Assembly: GCA_043228905.1 (NCBI GenBank) | Contig: JBHGNT010000001.1 | Location: 36,952,001 to 37,016,000, forward strand | Length of the DNA: 64,000 nt | From: Azolla caroliniana | Lineage: Eukaryota > Plantae > Polypodiophyta | Direction: 5' to 3' | Part shown: positions 1-12,185 of the stretch, piece by piece | How positions within the stretch are numbered: the first letter of the stretch is position 1 | How the letters are laid out: the number at the start of each line of letters is the position of its first letter | Program-made: the position numbers and the translations under genes | Notes under the pieces: model-generated | Database searches by the model: none | What the model was told of the DNA's origin: nothing | Seen by the model: only the letters and a program-made list of their open reading frames with translations

Positions 1-2449
1 CACATGCCGATATACTCCACAGCAAAATGGAGTTGCTGAGAGGAAAAACAGAACTTTGGTGAACATAGCAAGGGCAATGATGACTGAGAAGAACATGCCA
101 TTATACTATTGGGCAGAAGCTGTAAATACAGCAAATTACATTTTAAATAGATGTATTACATCAGGAGTACATGAGGCAACTCCTGAAGAGTGTTTTTATG
201 GCAGGAAGCCTAGCTTACAACACTTGAAGGTGTTTGGATGCCTTGCATATGTACATGTGCCTGCAGAAGTAAGAAGTAAGTTGGATCCAAAGGCAGAAAA
301 ATGTATTTTTGTTGGCTATTCAGAAGAACAAAAAGGGTATAGATGCTATAACCCTGTAACAAAGAAGATTGTGACAAGTAGGGATGTAATCTTTGATGAG
401 TTAGCCAGCTGGTATAGTCCAAAACAGAATCCAGAGACTGATGAAGACAATGAGATTGAAGACAAAGACAAATCTGAAAACGTAGAAGACTGCCATAGAG
501 ATGGAAGCAAGATTGGACAGCAAAGTCCAACATCAACAGAATGTTCTGGACCATCAAAAAGCTCAGATGGTAAATCTGATTCAAATTCATGGAGTGGAAA
601 AACTGGACAGAAAAAATCTGATGACAAAAAAGGAAAACAGAAAATGCCAGAGTATGAAATCCCGGATGACCTATCAAAAAACATGGTAGATGAAGATTCA
701 GATATGTCTTTGGATGATTTCCTTGGAATACAGGAAATGAAAATCCCTGGTATGGAAAAGGCAATAAAGAATGCAAATCAGAAACTGAGAAGATCAGATA
801 GAGAGAAAAAGACTGTGGAAAGATTTGGGTATGATACATACATGGCTATGCATTATGCATACATGTCTAAGGTGGTACAGATCCCTGATCCAAACAGCTT
901 CGAAGAAGCAAAATCTGAGAAGAAATGGATGGATGCAATGCAAGAAGAGATTGATGCATTGGCTAAGAACAAAACGTGGGATTTAGTGAAGTTACCAAAA
1001 GAGAAAAATGTGGTAGGCTGCAAATGGGTCTACAAGACAAAGCATGACTCCAATGGGAATGTAAGCAGACATAAAGCAAGATTGGTTGCAAAAGGATATG
1101 CTCAGATGCAAGGGATTGATTATGATGAGACTTTTGCACCGGTTGCAAAGATGGCAACCTTGAGAACACTACTTGCTGTAGGAGCAGCCAGAAAATGGAT
1201 TTTGCATCACATGGATGTAAAAAATGCTTTTTTACATGGTAACTTGGAAGAAGAAGTGTATATGAGTCAACCACCAGGTTTTGAAGATAAGAAACAACCT
1301 GATTATGTATGTAAGCTGAAAAAAGCTCTCTATGGACTGAAACAGGCACCAAGACCATGGCACAGAGAACTTTCAGATTCTCTGAAAAATCTTGGTTTCA
1401 AAATGTCAAAAGCTGATCCTTCTTTGTATGTAAAAAGTGAAAATGATTGCATTGTTATTATTCTGATTTATGTAGATGATTTGATTATTGGAGGAGATTC
1501 CGTGGATGAAATAAGAAAGTTGAAAAAAAATCTGGAAATGCAATTTCATATGAAAGATTTGGGAGATCTGAGATATTTTCTTGGTATTGAAATCATCAGA
1601 TCTGAAAGTGGTATATGTATGCTGCAAAAACAGTATGCAACAACTATGTTGAAAAAGTATGGTATGCTTGGATGCAAACCTATTGGAGTACCACTTGATA
1701 AAAACTGCAAGTTGAGGGCTGATTTGGGAGCCAAGATAGAAGATGTAAACATGTACAGGTCTATGGTGGGCAGCCTTATTTATTTGACTATAACAAGACC
1801 TGATTTGAGCTATGCTGTTGGATTAGTCAGCCAGTTTATGCAACAGCCAACAAAGCCACATTTGGACTGCATCAGAAGGATTCTGAGGTATGTAAAAGCA
1901 ACTCAGAACTTTGGACTATTTTACAGGGCTGATCTAGACATAAATCTGGAAGGATATACAGATGCTGATTGGGCTGGAAGCCAAACAGACATGAGATCCA
2001 CAAGTGGATACATGTTTACCCTGGGAAGTGCAGGAATTTCATGGAGTAGCAAGAAACAGGCTACTGTTGCATTGTCCAGTACAGAAGCTGAGTATAGAGG
2101 GGCTGCAATAGCCACATGTGAAGAAGTATGGATCAAAAGACTGCTTGCTGATCTGGGAGTATATATAGATGGTGCTGTCACAATCTGGTGTGACAATATG
2201 AGCAACATTCAGCTTGCAAAGAACCCAGTGTTCCATGCAAGAACAAAGCACATTGAGGTGCATTATCACTTTGTTAGAGAAAAAGTGATGGAAGGTGAAG
2301 TTGATTTGGTGTATGTGAATACAAGTCAGCAGGTTGCTGATATTCTCACAAAGGGATTGAGTGTGGAAAAGCATACACAGTTTCGGAACATGATGGGAGT
2401 TGTAAACATTGATGAGATGGCTAAAAAGCAAAATGGAAAAGAAGATTGA
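1..2449 (+). CDS. Ty1/copia polyprotein, 3' part (integrase C-end, reverse transcriptase, RNase H); open at the window's left edge
   Basis: Uninterrupted frame from position 2. Integrase motif TPQQNGVAERKNR and GYS...KGYRCY; RT motifs KARLVAKGY, MDVKNAFLHG, LYGLKQAPR, YVDD; RNase H motifs DADWAG, SSTEAEY, RTKHIEVHYHFVRE. The INT-RT-RH order is copia. Confidence 0.98.
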   Translation, partial: TCRYTPQQNGVAERKNRTLVNIARAMMTEKNMPLYYWAEAVNTANYILNRCITSGVHEATPEECFYGRKPSLQHLKVFGCLAYVHVPAEVRSKLDPKAEKCIFVGYSEEQKGYRCYNPVTKKIVTSRDVIFDELASWYSPKQNPETDEDNEIEDKDKSENVEDCHRDGSKIGQQSPTSTECSGPSKSSDGKSDSNSWSGKTGQKKSDDKKGKQKMPEYEIPDDLSKNMVDEDSDMSLDDFLGIQEMKIPGMEKAIKNANQKLRRSDREKKTVERFGYDTYMAMHYAYMSKVVQIPDPNSFEEAKSEKKWMDAMQEEIDALAKNKTWDLVKLPKEKNVVGCKWVYKTKHDSNGNVSRHKARLVAKGYAQMQGIDYDETFAPVAKMATLRTLLAVGAARKWILHHMDVKNAFLHGNLEEEVYMSQPPGFEDKKQPDYVCKLKKALYGLKQAPRPWHRELSDSLKNLGFKMSKADPSLYVKSENDCIVIILIYVDDLIIGGDSVDEIRKLKKNLEMQFHMKDLGDLRYFLGIEIIRSESGICMLQKQYATTMLKKYGMLGCKPIGVPLDKNCKLRADLGAKIEDVNMYRSMVGSLIYLTITRPDLSYAVGLVSQFMQQPTKPHLDCIRRILRYVKATQNFGLFYRADLDINLEGYTDADWAGSQTDMRSTSGYMFTLGSAGISWSSKKQATVALSSTEAEYRGAAIATCEEVWIKRLLADLGVYIDGAVTIWCDNMSNIQLAKNPVFHARTKHIEVHYHFVREKVMEGEVDLVYVNTSQQVADILTKGLSVEKHTQFRNMMGVVNIDEMAKKQNGKED

Positions 2450-2489
2450 AGAGAACCTCAAGCAAGAATAAGTTGAGCTTGAGGGGGAG

Positions 2490-2937
2490 TGTTGAGAAGC
2501 AAGCTCAACATGGTATGTGATGCTTATGAGAAATAAGCTATAGTAGCTATTTAGCTACTAGTGAACAAAAAGGTAAAACAGCTATTTAGCTAGTGACAGC
2601 TAATTAGCTAGTGAACAGCTATTTAGCGACTGACAGCTAATTAGCTGCATGTGTAATAACTTATGACTTAGGTAAAAGTAAGTGAGAGTGAATAGGAAGT
2701 AAGTAGTAAGAAAAAACAGAGAATAGAGAGTAGAGAACTCTGAGAGAGAGTGAGAGACCAGAAGACTGACGAGAGCAAGTTGAGCTCTACATGTAATAGA
2801 AGAAAACCATTTTGCTACTACAGAGGTAAGTCCCCTTTCCTTTCTCTGTCTGTTTAGAGCACGCTAACGATCCAGCACACTACGATCCGCCGCGCACATA
2901 AGAAGAGCCCGAGTGCCTTCTTCACGTTTTCTTAACA
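2490..2937 (+). mobile_element. 3' LTR of the copia element (about 448 bp)
   Basis: Polypurine tract GAGGGGGAG (2481-2489) is followed directly by TGTTGA. The LTR ends at TTAACA (2932-2937), giving TG...CA termini. Internal TAGCTA-type short repeats lie at about 2535-2646. The 5' LTR is outside the window, so the right boundary cannot be confirmed by LTR pairing. Confidence 0.82.
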
Positions 2938-3149
2938 CATTTAAGTGTGCCAATTGATTGTGTGCATTTTTTGAAGGCCAATATCCAAATAAAAACACAT
3001 TGCTTCATGATAAATTTACATCAAATCAAATTAAAACTACGTTTCAAACATTCAAAAACAACAATATCATCAACAAAAATCAAATGATGCCATTGAATGA
3101 TACCACAATCCCCATTGAAAAAGATTGGAGAAGCTGATTCATGCGAGAA

Positions 3150-4330
3150 ATAGACAGTATGGCTTTCGAGAGCTTACAACGCATAGCTTTTGCATATATG
3201 GATGTCGATCATGTGGATGTCACAAGTATTGTTGATGAAATGACATAGGATTAGCAGATTTTCACAATTTCCAACTTGACCCTTCTTGTGATTCTTGGAA
3301 TTAAGGATCCTTCTTGACCCAAGGTTCGCAACTTTGTGAAGCATTGACAAGTATAAAGGTATGAATGGTGGCACAAGATAGTCTATGACCATGAACACAA
3401 GTTCTATAGAGTTTGGGATCCTTCATGACAGTGATCATGCTATTGAAGGAAGAGAATTTCGTAACTAATCAAACAAGGGAAGAAAGCAACATTTTCCAAG
3501 CATCTCTATCAAATAAGTTGTTGATGGTAAGGACATTGAGGGAAATGGGCGAGGTTTTTGCCATGACAAGTGATGGTACTAATGATGCACCGACAATCTT
3601 AGAAGCAGATGCCAATCTTGCTAGGTGCATTCAAGGCGTTGTAGAGGATAGTTCAAACATTGTGATTATGGATAACAATTTTGTGTCATTTTTGAATTTT
3701 GTACAACGGGGCTAATTGATTCACTACAATAGACAAAAATTCATCCAATTCCAATCGAGTGTGAATGTGGCAACACTCTCCATAAACTTTGTGGCTGCAA
3801 TATCATCAGGGGAGGTACCACTGATTGTTGTTCAGGTGGTGTAGGTGAAAATGATCATGGACATGTTGGGAGCATTGGCGCTTGCTACAAAGCAACCCAT
3901 TGATCGTATGTTGGACGTGCCCCTAGTTGAGCGGAAAGAGTCCCTCATCTCCAAGTTCATATGGAGGAACATTTCCTTCCAAGCCCTATGATCGCTTCGA
4001 TGTTCTTTTGGCCCTTTAGTTCAAGGGAGAGAAGATCAATGGGGTTGTCTAGTGGGCAAAATGCCTCCCAAATCAACAAGATATTCAATACGTTTATGTT
4101 TTGTTAGCCCTTTCAATGAAGTGAATGCATGGAAGCTAAAGGACAAGATCATGTTCCAAGGAATCATTATGAACTGGTTGTTTTTTCAAGATCATCGGCA
4201 CCACGATGGTGATGCGGACAACTTTGCATCAATGATGAAGCTGTCGTGGAAGTATTTGTTGATCATCATTGGAATTGGGTCATTGAGTTGGCCAACCACT
4301 TTTCACACACAACAATTTCCCACAAAAAAT
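3150..4330 (+). pseudogene. Intronless, degraded P2B-type Ca2+-ATPase (ACA-like) pseudogene, C-terminal half
   Basis: Collinear decayed motifs: MAFESLQRIAFAY, LTLLVILGIKDP, AIEGREFRN, VFAMTSDGTNDAP (hinge GDGxNDAP), SSNIVIMDNNF, QKFIQFQ..VNV, IMDMLGALALAT, MWRNI, FNEVNA. Many stops and frameshifts and no introns. Confidence 0.88.
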
Positions 4331-4684
4331 CCTTCATTAAGTGCGCACTTTTGTTTTTACCAAGATCAAAGTGGGCGCTTAAGTTAGAGTTTACTATATC
4401 TGAAGCAAAGGGAGCTGCTTGCTAGTTGTGTTAAAGAGAAGGTGAACAACGAATGGGCAGCCCACCTGCACCATGGCTTGAGGCAAAGGACGAAGAAGCC
4501 AGACACACCATGGTGTCAAAGCGAGGGGTATTTGGGCGGGTGTGAAAGGGGCCAAAGGGTTTCTAAGAGGTTTTAGGGAGACCTTATCTCTCCCTCCGTC
4601 TCTCCATGTGTGTGGCTTGGCATAGTGCATGACTTCAAAAGTCACAGAGAAGGGTGACAAATATCTGGAAAAGAGAATTCATAA

Positions 4685-4726
4685 AAGAAGAAGAAGAAGA
4701 AGAAGAAGAAGAAGAAGAAGAAGAAG
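4685..4726 (+). repeat. (GAA)n microsatellite at the presumed 5' end of the helicase transcript
   Basis: Visible directly. Followed by a CG|GTAAGC donor at 4769 and a TAG acceptor at 5068-5069, i.e. a probable 5'UTR intron. Confidence 0.9.
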
Positions 4727-5077
4727 AGAGTTGAAGCTCTCCTCAGCTATCTCCCTCTTCTCCAACCGGTAAGCTCTCTGTTTTTTAGAGTTAAGCATCC
4801 CCTGTTTCATCCATGAATAAAGTTTTCGTCAGAAGCTTCTTTTCTTTTGAACTCTGGGTTTATGTCTATGTGCTTTTTAAATCAATAGCTTATTATTATT
4901 ATTATCTAGGGTTCAACTCTTTGAAACTATGTCAATTTATACAAAAAGAAATGCTTTTGCTAATGCTATTCTGATTAATTCTAACGAAAGCAAGCTATCC
5001 ATACCATTCTAATCCTCTGAATGCTCATTATCACACGTATACATGTATTTCTATAAATCATGTATATAGGAGGTTCC

Positions 5078-8000
5078 ATGGCTTCTCTAGCTTCTGCCGG
5101 AGGGCTAATTCAGCCATTCCATTCTCTCTCGCTTGAGGCAGGAAGCAGAAGAATGTATCAGAGTACGTCCGGTAATGTGGTCAGTATGTTGTCTTCCTCT
5201 TTCGTGGGAGACATATCGTGCCTTGTTACTTCGCCTAACACAATTTCAACAAATGGACAATTATCTTCTTCTTCTTCGTCGAGGGTTTTGCATACCATGT
5301 GTGTTAGAATGGATTCAAACTTTCAGCCTGTACATTTGAATGAAGGCAATTTTCCTCCTTTTGGTGATGATTCATGGAAGAGATCCGCGGTGGCTATGCA
5401 AGAGTATGCTGTTACAGAAAGGGATGTTGACTTATCTATCCAAAGAGGAGTCCCTGGGGATATGTCTGGACAAAACATGTATATTTCATCTGGACAGGGT
5501 GTGCCCGGGAATATGTCCGTGCAAGGTAGTAATTTTGAGCAACCTCGAGCATTGAACAATGGTAGTGATATCACTCTGTTGGGTCTCAAGGCTGAGCTAG
5601 TTGAAGCTCTGAGAAAACGAGGCATCACCCATTTGTTTCCCATCCAGGTATGCAGTTTTGGTTCTTGTTATGTATTTTTGTGGGAACTCTAGCTACAAGT
5701 ATACATATAAACATATCTCTGTATGGGGGCTCTTGTTTGGAGCATATGTGTAATCAGTGCAACCATCATTCATGGAACTAATGGGTCTGTGTTTCACCTA
5801 ACTACAATCCATTAATCTATGATTTTGATAATATGTGTAATAATCTACGTTGGTGGGCGTACATATTGCCCAATTGACACCATAGGCTTATCTCTGGTCT
5901 ATTTACTCCAGTAGTATGTGCTTATGAGCATATGCGAGATCATACATTAATGGAGCTAGTGGGCCTATATCTGCCCTTATTGAATCCAGTACAATAATCA
6001 AACCTTAACAGAGCTAATTGAATTATTGCTGGATTCTGGACTAAGTGCAGTAATGAAGCTACTAGATCTACCTCTGGTTTGGCCCATTGATGTATGATTG
6101 CACAGTTGTGCTTCCCAAAAAAGTACTATTCCTTTAGGTCAGTGGAAACTATAGACTTATCCTTACCTCAGATTATGTAATCCTAGTTTGATTGATATCA
6201 CATTCTAGTGGATAGTGGTTTAAACAACTGATTGGAACATTAAATTGTCACCCATCTATGCATTATAGTTTAACCTTCTGATTATGGCATTAAATCATCC
6301 ATCCATATCCTTTCTGTTTCATTCTTGTGATACAGTTCATGTTGATTTATTGTCATGTTGACAAGTGCAGGATGCAGTTCTCAAACCTGCAGCAGAAGGC
6401 CTTGATCTAATAGGCCGTGCTAGGACAGGAACAGGTAAAACCTTGGCTTTTGGCATACCCATCATTCAGAACCTCTTGGAAGAAAATCAAAATGGCTCAA
6501 GGTATTTTGTTCTATGGCTACAATTAAAATCGAATAATATTTTCTGTGATCCATGGTATATTTAATAATGTGCTGAAGAGGTAATATTACTGTATTTGTA
6601 GTCGCTTCTCTCGAAACCCTCGTGTATTGGTGCTTGCACCAACTAGAGAGTTAGCAGTGCAGGTAGAGAAAGAGTTCATGGAATCAGCACCCGCTTTGTC
6701 TACTTTGTGTGTTTATGGTGGAGTTCCGATTAGTGGTCAACAAAGGAAGTTGCAAAATGGGGTTGATATTGCTGTTGGAACCCCAGGACGTATTATAGAC
6801 TTGATTGAACGAGGCTCCTTAGCACTCAATGAAGTTAGATATCTTGTCCTGGATGAAGCTGATCAGATGCTTGCTATAGGTTTTGCTGAAGACATAGAGA
6901 AAATCTTAGAAAATGTACCTACAAATCGCCAAACTATGTTGTTTTCTGCCACCATGCCATCTTGGGTTTCCCAAATTTCCAGGAAATACTTGAAGAATCC
7001 CTTGATGATTGATCTGGTGAGTTTTTAATGATAATATGTTGACGTTAATGCTATACTCAGCGTACTTGGGTTGGTAGGGGGGTTGTATTGCCTTACAGAT
7101 GAATTTATTTGGTTAGGTTGGAGATTCTAAGGAGAAACTTGCACAAGGAATCAAATTGTTCTCAATGTTGTGTCCACCAACAGCCAAACGCTCTATCCTG
7201 AGTGATCTTATAACTGTAAATTCATATATACACAATCATGTAACCACTTCCATGGATTGAATCTCATTTTTGTAAAGTCTAAACATATCTGGTACCTTTT
7301 TTACAGGTGTATGGAAAGGGTGGAAAGTCTATTGTTTTCACACAAACAAAGAAGGATGCAGATGAAGTTGCTTTGTCAATGAGTCGTATCCTTGGTGCGG
7401 AAGCTTTGCATGGTGATATATCTCAAGCCCAGAGGGAGAAAACTCTCTCTCGCTTCAGAAGTGGGAAGTTCTCAGTATTAATAGCGACTGATGTTGCGGC
7501 TCGAGGATTGGACATCCCAGATGTTGATCTGGTGAGATTATTTCCAAATTTCTTCCCACGATTCTATATGCGTGTCATCACTGGAAAAATTGATAAGATT
7601 AAACACCATGATCACCTAAAAAGTAGATGAGATTCACTTCCCAATTGAAGACCTTGGATATGCTTTATGCCATTGATAGAGTAGCCCTAGCTTTTCTAGG
7701 CACTTGACGATATTAAGGTTATTTGCTAGTGTTCAACCACAAAGGTCACTCTTGATCCCTAGGCTGGTATACTGATCCTAGTGATCTACCATAGATGCTT
7801 GTGTGGTAACAATATCTTGAGGATATTATAGTCCAGCTTTGATATCTTTATATTGCTTTCAGGTTATCCACTATGAGGCACCAAATGATCCCGAAACATT
7901 TGTCCACCGCTCAGGGAGGACAGGACGAGCTGGTAAAGATGGCACAGCCATATTAATACATACAAGTGCTCAGATAAGAACGGTGAAGACAATCGAGAGG

Positions 8001-10224
8001 GACGTCGGTTGCAAATTTGAGCCTATAATTGCTCCAACTGTTGAAGATGTTCTTAGAGCTTCGTCGGACCAAGCTCAGGATTCCTTAAGAAAAGTACATC
8101 CAGAGCTGATGGCCGTGTTTCTTCCCACAGCACATAAGCTCCTGCAGGAGCAAGGTGTAGAGGCATTTGCTGCAGCCATTGCGCAATTAAGTGGATTCAC
8201 ACAGCCTCCAGCCTCAAGGTCCTTGATTACTCATGAACAGGTACTTTACATTCTAATTCATGCCTTTAAGGCCTTATGTGATATGGGGTTCTTATGTGAA
8301 ATGAAATATATTGTGGATGGTTGGTGAATGTCCATAATTTCTAACCCCATGAAATAAAATGGATCATGTATTTAGGTCCTTCATTACACATGTCCATGTA
8401 TTTTATTTTGATTTGCCTAAGACCTTTATGCTGTGGATTTTGGTAAAAGAAAAACATGGATGGCAATTGTCTTGGGTAGTTAGTGATTGTTTACAATTGC
8501 TGATGTTAAATCTTTGTCAAGTCTGTAAGAGAAAATTATAAATTGGAATGGTTGTCGTTATCCTGTTCTTATGGGGCACAAAAAGAGACTCTGCATGCAA
8601 CTATCTTGAGAGATTTTGAAAACCAGAAGTGGAAGAATGAAATTCTAAATACTTCAGGTAGAGGACAACTATATGTTTATTGACAAAAGCATCAATGTAT
8701 GACCAAGTTACCATTGCCACTTGCATTTTATGGTATATCAAGCTCTTTTCATACGTTATTGCAATCTTATCTCTTTCCTATTAAGTTCCCTATCAGCATC
8801 ATCTCATTCTCACCTTGACAATATAATTTGTTTTTTTGTTTGCTCTTCGTCTCACATAAATCTAATGAATTAATTTCATATTCTTTCATATGTAAGGGAT
8901 GGATGACAGTGAAATTTACACGTATCCATGGAGTTGGTGGGCTTTCATCTCCAGGGGGTGTTATGGGAGCACTTGCATCAATTTTTCAGAGAGCTGCTGA
9001 TGAAGTTGGGAAAATACAAATGCTGGACCCATCAGAGGTTAACTCCTGATTATTGGAATGTCCTAAGTATGTATATTTGTTTTTGGCAACCGTCTGACTA
9101 TTCCATGGATTATCAGGGCATGGGTGCTGTTTTAGATCTCCCAGAGGATGTTGCGAAAGAACTTCTTGCTCTTCAACTGGCACCTGAAGATTGCATTCAA
9201 GTAATTTCAAAGGTTAGTTCCAACCTCCTTTTAAAGAAAACAACTAGGGTAGTTCCTAGGGAGAGGTTTATACCCAGGTAAGGGATAAAAACGAATACAC
9301 TGCAATCATCAAAATCCATGCACTTCAGCATATGAACACTCTTTTCAAAGAATTATAGTTACAATTTGATGCAAAGATTGAGAAAAACTCGTTGTGTGCA
9401 ATATAAGTATGTATATATATTGGGCCAAAGTTTATACACCAAATTAAGCCTATCCACTTCAGGAAGTGCACTCGTGCACATGCAAAAACACCTGCCTCAA
9501 TGTTATGAACTATAGAGGTAGGAAGAAACAAATGTCGCTCTCTCTGTTATGAAAGGTGAAGATAGAATACAACAATGTTTTATTGTCCATGATGAGGTCA
9601 ATTTTGATCAATGGGGCCAAATCAACATGCATGCACATATGTGCTCACCCTGCTTAGTGGACATTTAAGTATGACACTCACATTGTCATGCCCGTCTAAC
9701 AAGTTGTCATAGTTCTCACGAAATACCTTACATGCTGATCGTCATATTTGGTCCCACAGTCCACTAGGTTTTCATTGCATATCTTCATATTTGGGCAATG
9801 ATGCCATGATACTACCACAACACTAAATTGTGTGAATGAGTTCGAAGAAATATCAAGGCTCTCCGAGAACCAAGGGTCATGGGGGTAGTGAGATGCAATT
9901 GGATATGTTTAGCATTTTTACCTTGTATTGGGGCCAACATTGTATGTTAATATTTGCTATGTAATATTCCTAGTTTGACATTTTAGCATCTTGCCACTTC
10001 ATCCTTAGTGCCTCTAGTAATCTATCCTCAAATGATCACATACTTCATAGCATCACCTGAGAGCTCCAATAGATCTTTTACTCCCCATCTCTTAAACCAT
10101 TTCATAATGTCACCCAGCCAGGTGTGAGGATTTTGCTCTGGTGGTTAATTTTTTGTACCTTGCATCTTATATTTCAAGCTTGTTTTGCCAGTCTATAATC
10201 AAGTATATTCTATGGGGGGGGGGG

Positions 10225-10267
<43 letters not shown>

Positions 10268-11399
10268 GGTGAAATCATTTGTACTCTCTTTCCAAAGTTG
10301 CCAAGGCTTCAATATGAAGAAGCTCCACGGGATAGATATGGAATGTTTTCTCCAAGAGGTGGCTATCGCAACAGTAGCGGCGGCGGTGGCACTGGCCCAG
10401 TAAGAGGCCGAGGCTCAAGTTGGGGTAATACGAGAAATGGAAGCTCATCTTGGGGTGATAATTTCAACAACACGAATAGGAGTGGAAGCATGAATAGAAG
10501 TGGAAGCTCATGGGGTGATAATTTGAGCAATATGAATAGAAGCGGGAGCTCATGGGGTGATAATTTGAACAACATGAATAGAAGTGGAAGCTCCTGGGGT
10601 GATAACTCAAGTGGCATGAATAGAAATGGAAGTTCGTGGGCTGATAACTCTGATGGCGTAAATACGAGTGGAAGCTCATGGGGTGATAAGTCCGGAGGCA
10701 TGAATAGAAGTGGAAGCTCTTGGGGTGACAACTCTGGCGGTATGAATAGGAGTGCAGGCATGAATAGAAGTTTAAGTTCTTGGGGTGATAACTTGGTTGG
10801 TATTCAAGATTCTGGCGGTGGTATGAATCGGAGTGGTAATTCTTGGAATGGTAATGCGTCGGGCAATATTTACGATAACTTTGGTAGTGGTATGAATAGA
10901 GGTGGAAGTTCTTCGAGTGATAATAATAATTCGGACAGTATTCAAGGTAACTCTGGTGGGGGTATGAATAGAAGTGCAAACTCTGGGGGTGCTAGCCCAG
11001 GTGATGTGAATAGAAACAGAAACACGAATTGGAATGGGCAACAATTGATTTCTGGAGGGATTCCAGGAAGCCAAGTTCCAAGGTATTGACTGGTCAACGA
11101 TTTAAATAGTTGCTTCTTGTGTGTAGTAATTTCTCTTTTTGCAAAGCACCAAATTACCCCTGAGTTTTGGATATTACGAGAATACCCTTTGATATAGTGC
11201 ATTGAAGAGCTACAGCGGGGTATATTCTGGTAGATACCCAATGAGTTAGAACTTAGGGGTATTATGGTGTGTTTCCGTCGAAAACAAAAAAATAACAAAT
11301 AATGGTTTCTTCTGTCTTTTCAGGACATCATCAATTTTCTTTTGTTTCAAATGTGGCGAGTCAGATCATCGAGCTGCTTTCTGTCCAAAGCAACGTTGA
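5078..11399 (+). CDS. RH3: DEAD-box RNA helicase RH3-like (probably plastid-targeted; GUCT domain, low-complexity tail, CCHC zinc knuckle). Exons 5078-5647, 6371-6501, 6602-7016, 7117-7215, 7307-7531, 7863-8240, 8897-9037, 9117-9212, 10298-11082, 11324-11399
   Basis: Q-motif [64 protein letters not shown]; GUCT-like [19 protein letters not shown]. The last exon encodes [15 protein letters not shown] (CX2CX4HX4C). All junctions are GT-AG and in phase. The N-terminus is Ser-rich and transit-peptide-like. Confidence 0.93.
10406..10850 (+). repeat. Coding tandem repeat, about 42-nt unit ([14 protein letters not shown])
   Basis: Repeated ATGAATAGAAGTGGAAGCTCnTGGGGTGATAA units within exon 9 of the helicase. 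Confidence 0.95.
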
Positions 11400-11657
11400 A
11401 TGTGATCCTGAGCTGCTGAAGCATAATGAAATGATGTTCTGTTGTAGTGAAAGATTTCTTTTTAAGGTTGCAGCACATGAGACCAACAAATTATTTAAAT
11501 CTTTCTAAGGTTGCAGCATATGTGTCCAACAAATTATTTAAGAGAGATTCTTTATCGAAGATTTTCTGGGGATTATTTGTCAAGAGTACAAGTAAAAAAG
11601 AACATTTTCTTTTAAAGTACCTGCTGTATCAAAAGGTTCTATATGTCTGGCAAACGG

Positions 11658-12185
11658 GTATAAACTATTATGATACTCTTAAACAGTATCTGTACATCAT
11701 CTAAGGAAGTGGAGCGATTATTTTCCAACATAGTAAAGATTGGTTTTCTTAAGCATATTGATATTGAAGAGGTGAAATTCTAATAATAAAGTGATATTGA
11801 TGCAACTTTAAAAATGCACTCTGGGCAATAGAGAGATGGCTTTTCTAATTTTAAATGGTAGAGACTTTTTATAATCATGCACATGATTTTGAAAAAAAGT
11901 CATCTTAAGCTGTTGGTTGTTGTATAAACTATTATGATACTCTTAAACAGTATCTGTACATCATCTAAGGAAGTGGAGCTATTATTTTCCAACATAGTAA
12001 AGATTGGTTTTCTTAAGCGTATTGATATTGAAGAGGTGAAATTCTAATAATAAAGTGATATTGATGCAACTTTAAAAATGCACTCTGCGCAATAGAGAGA
12101 TGGCTTTTCTAATTTTAAATGGTAGAGACTTCTTATAATCATGCACATGATTTTGAAAAAAAGTCATCTTAAGCTGTTGGTTGTT
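11658..12185. repeat. Head-to-tail 264-bp tandem duplication (11658-11921, 11922-12185)
   Basis: Copies align end to end. I counted 4 substitutions by eye. Confidence 0.95.

Noticed and set aside
10363-10979. Antisense repetitive ORFs (PLLFM.., FHFYS..)
   Set aside because: Shadow frames of the RH3 coding repeat.
10298-11089. RH3 having lost its zinc knuckle
   Set aside because: The knuckle is encoded by a downstream exon at 11324-11399.
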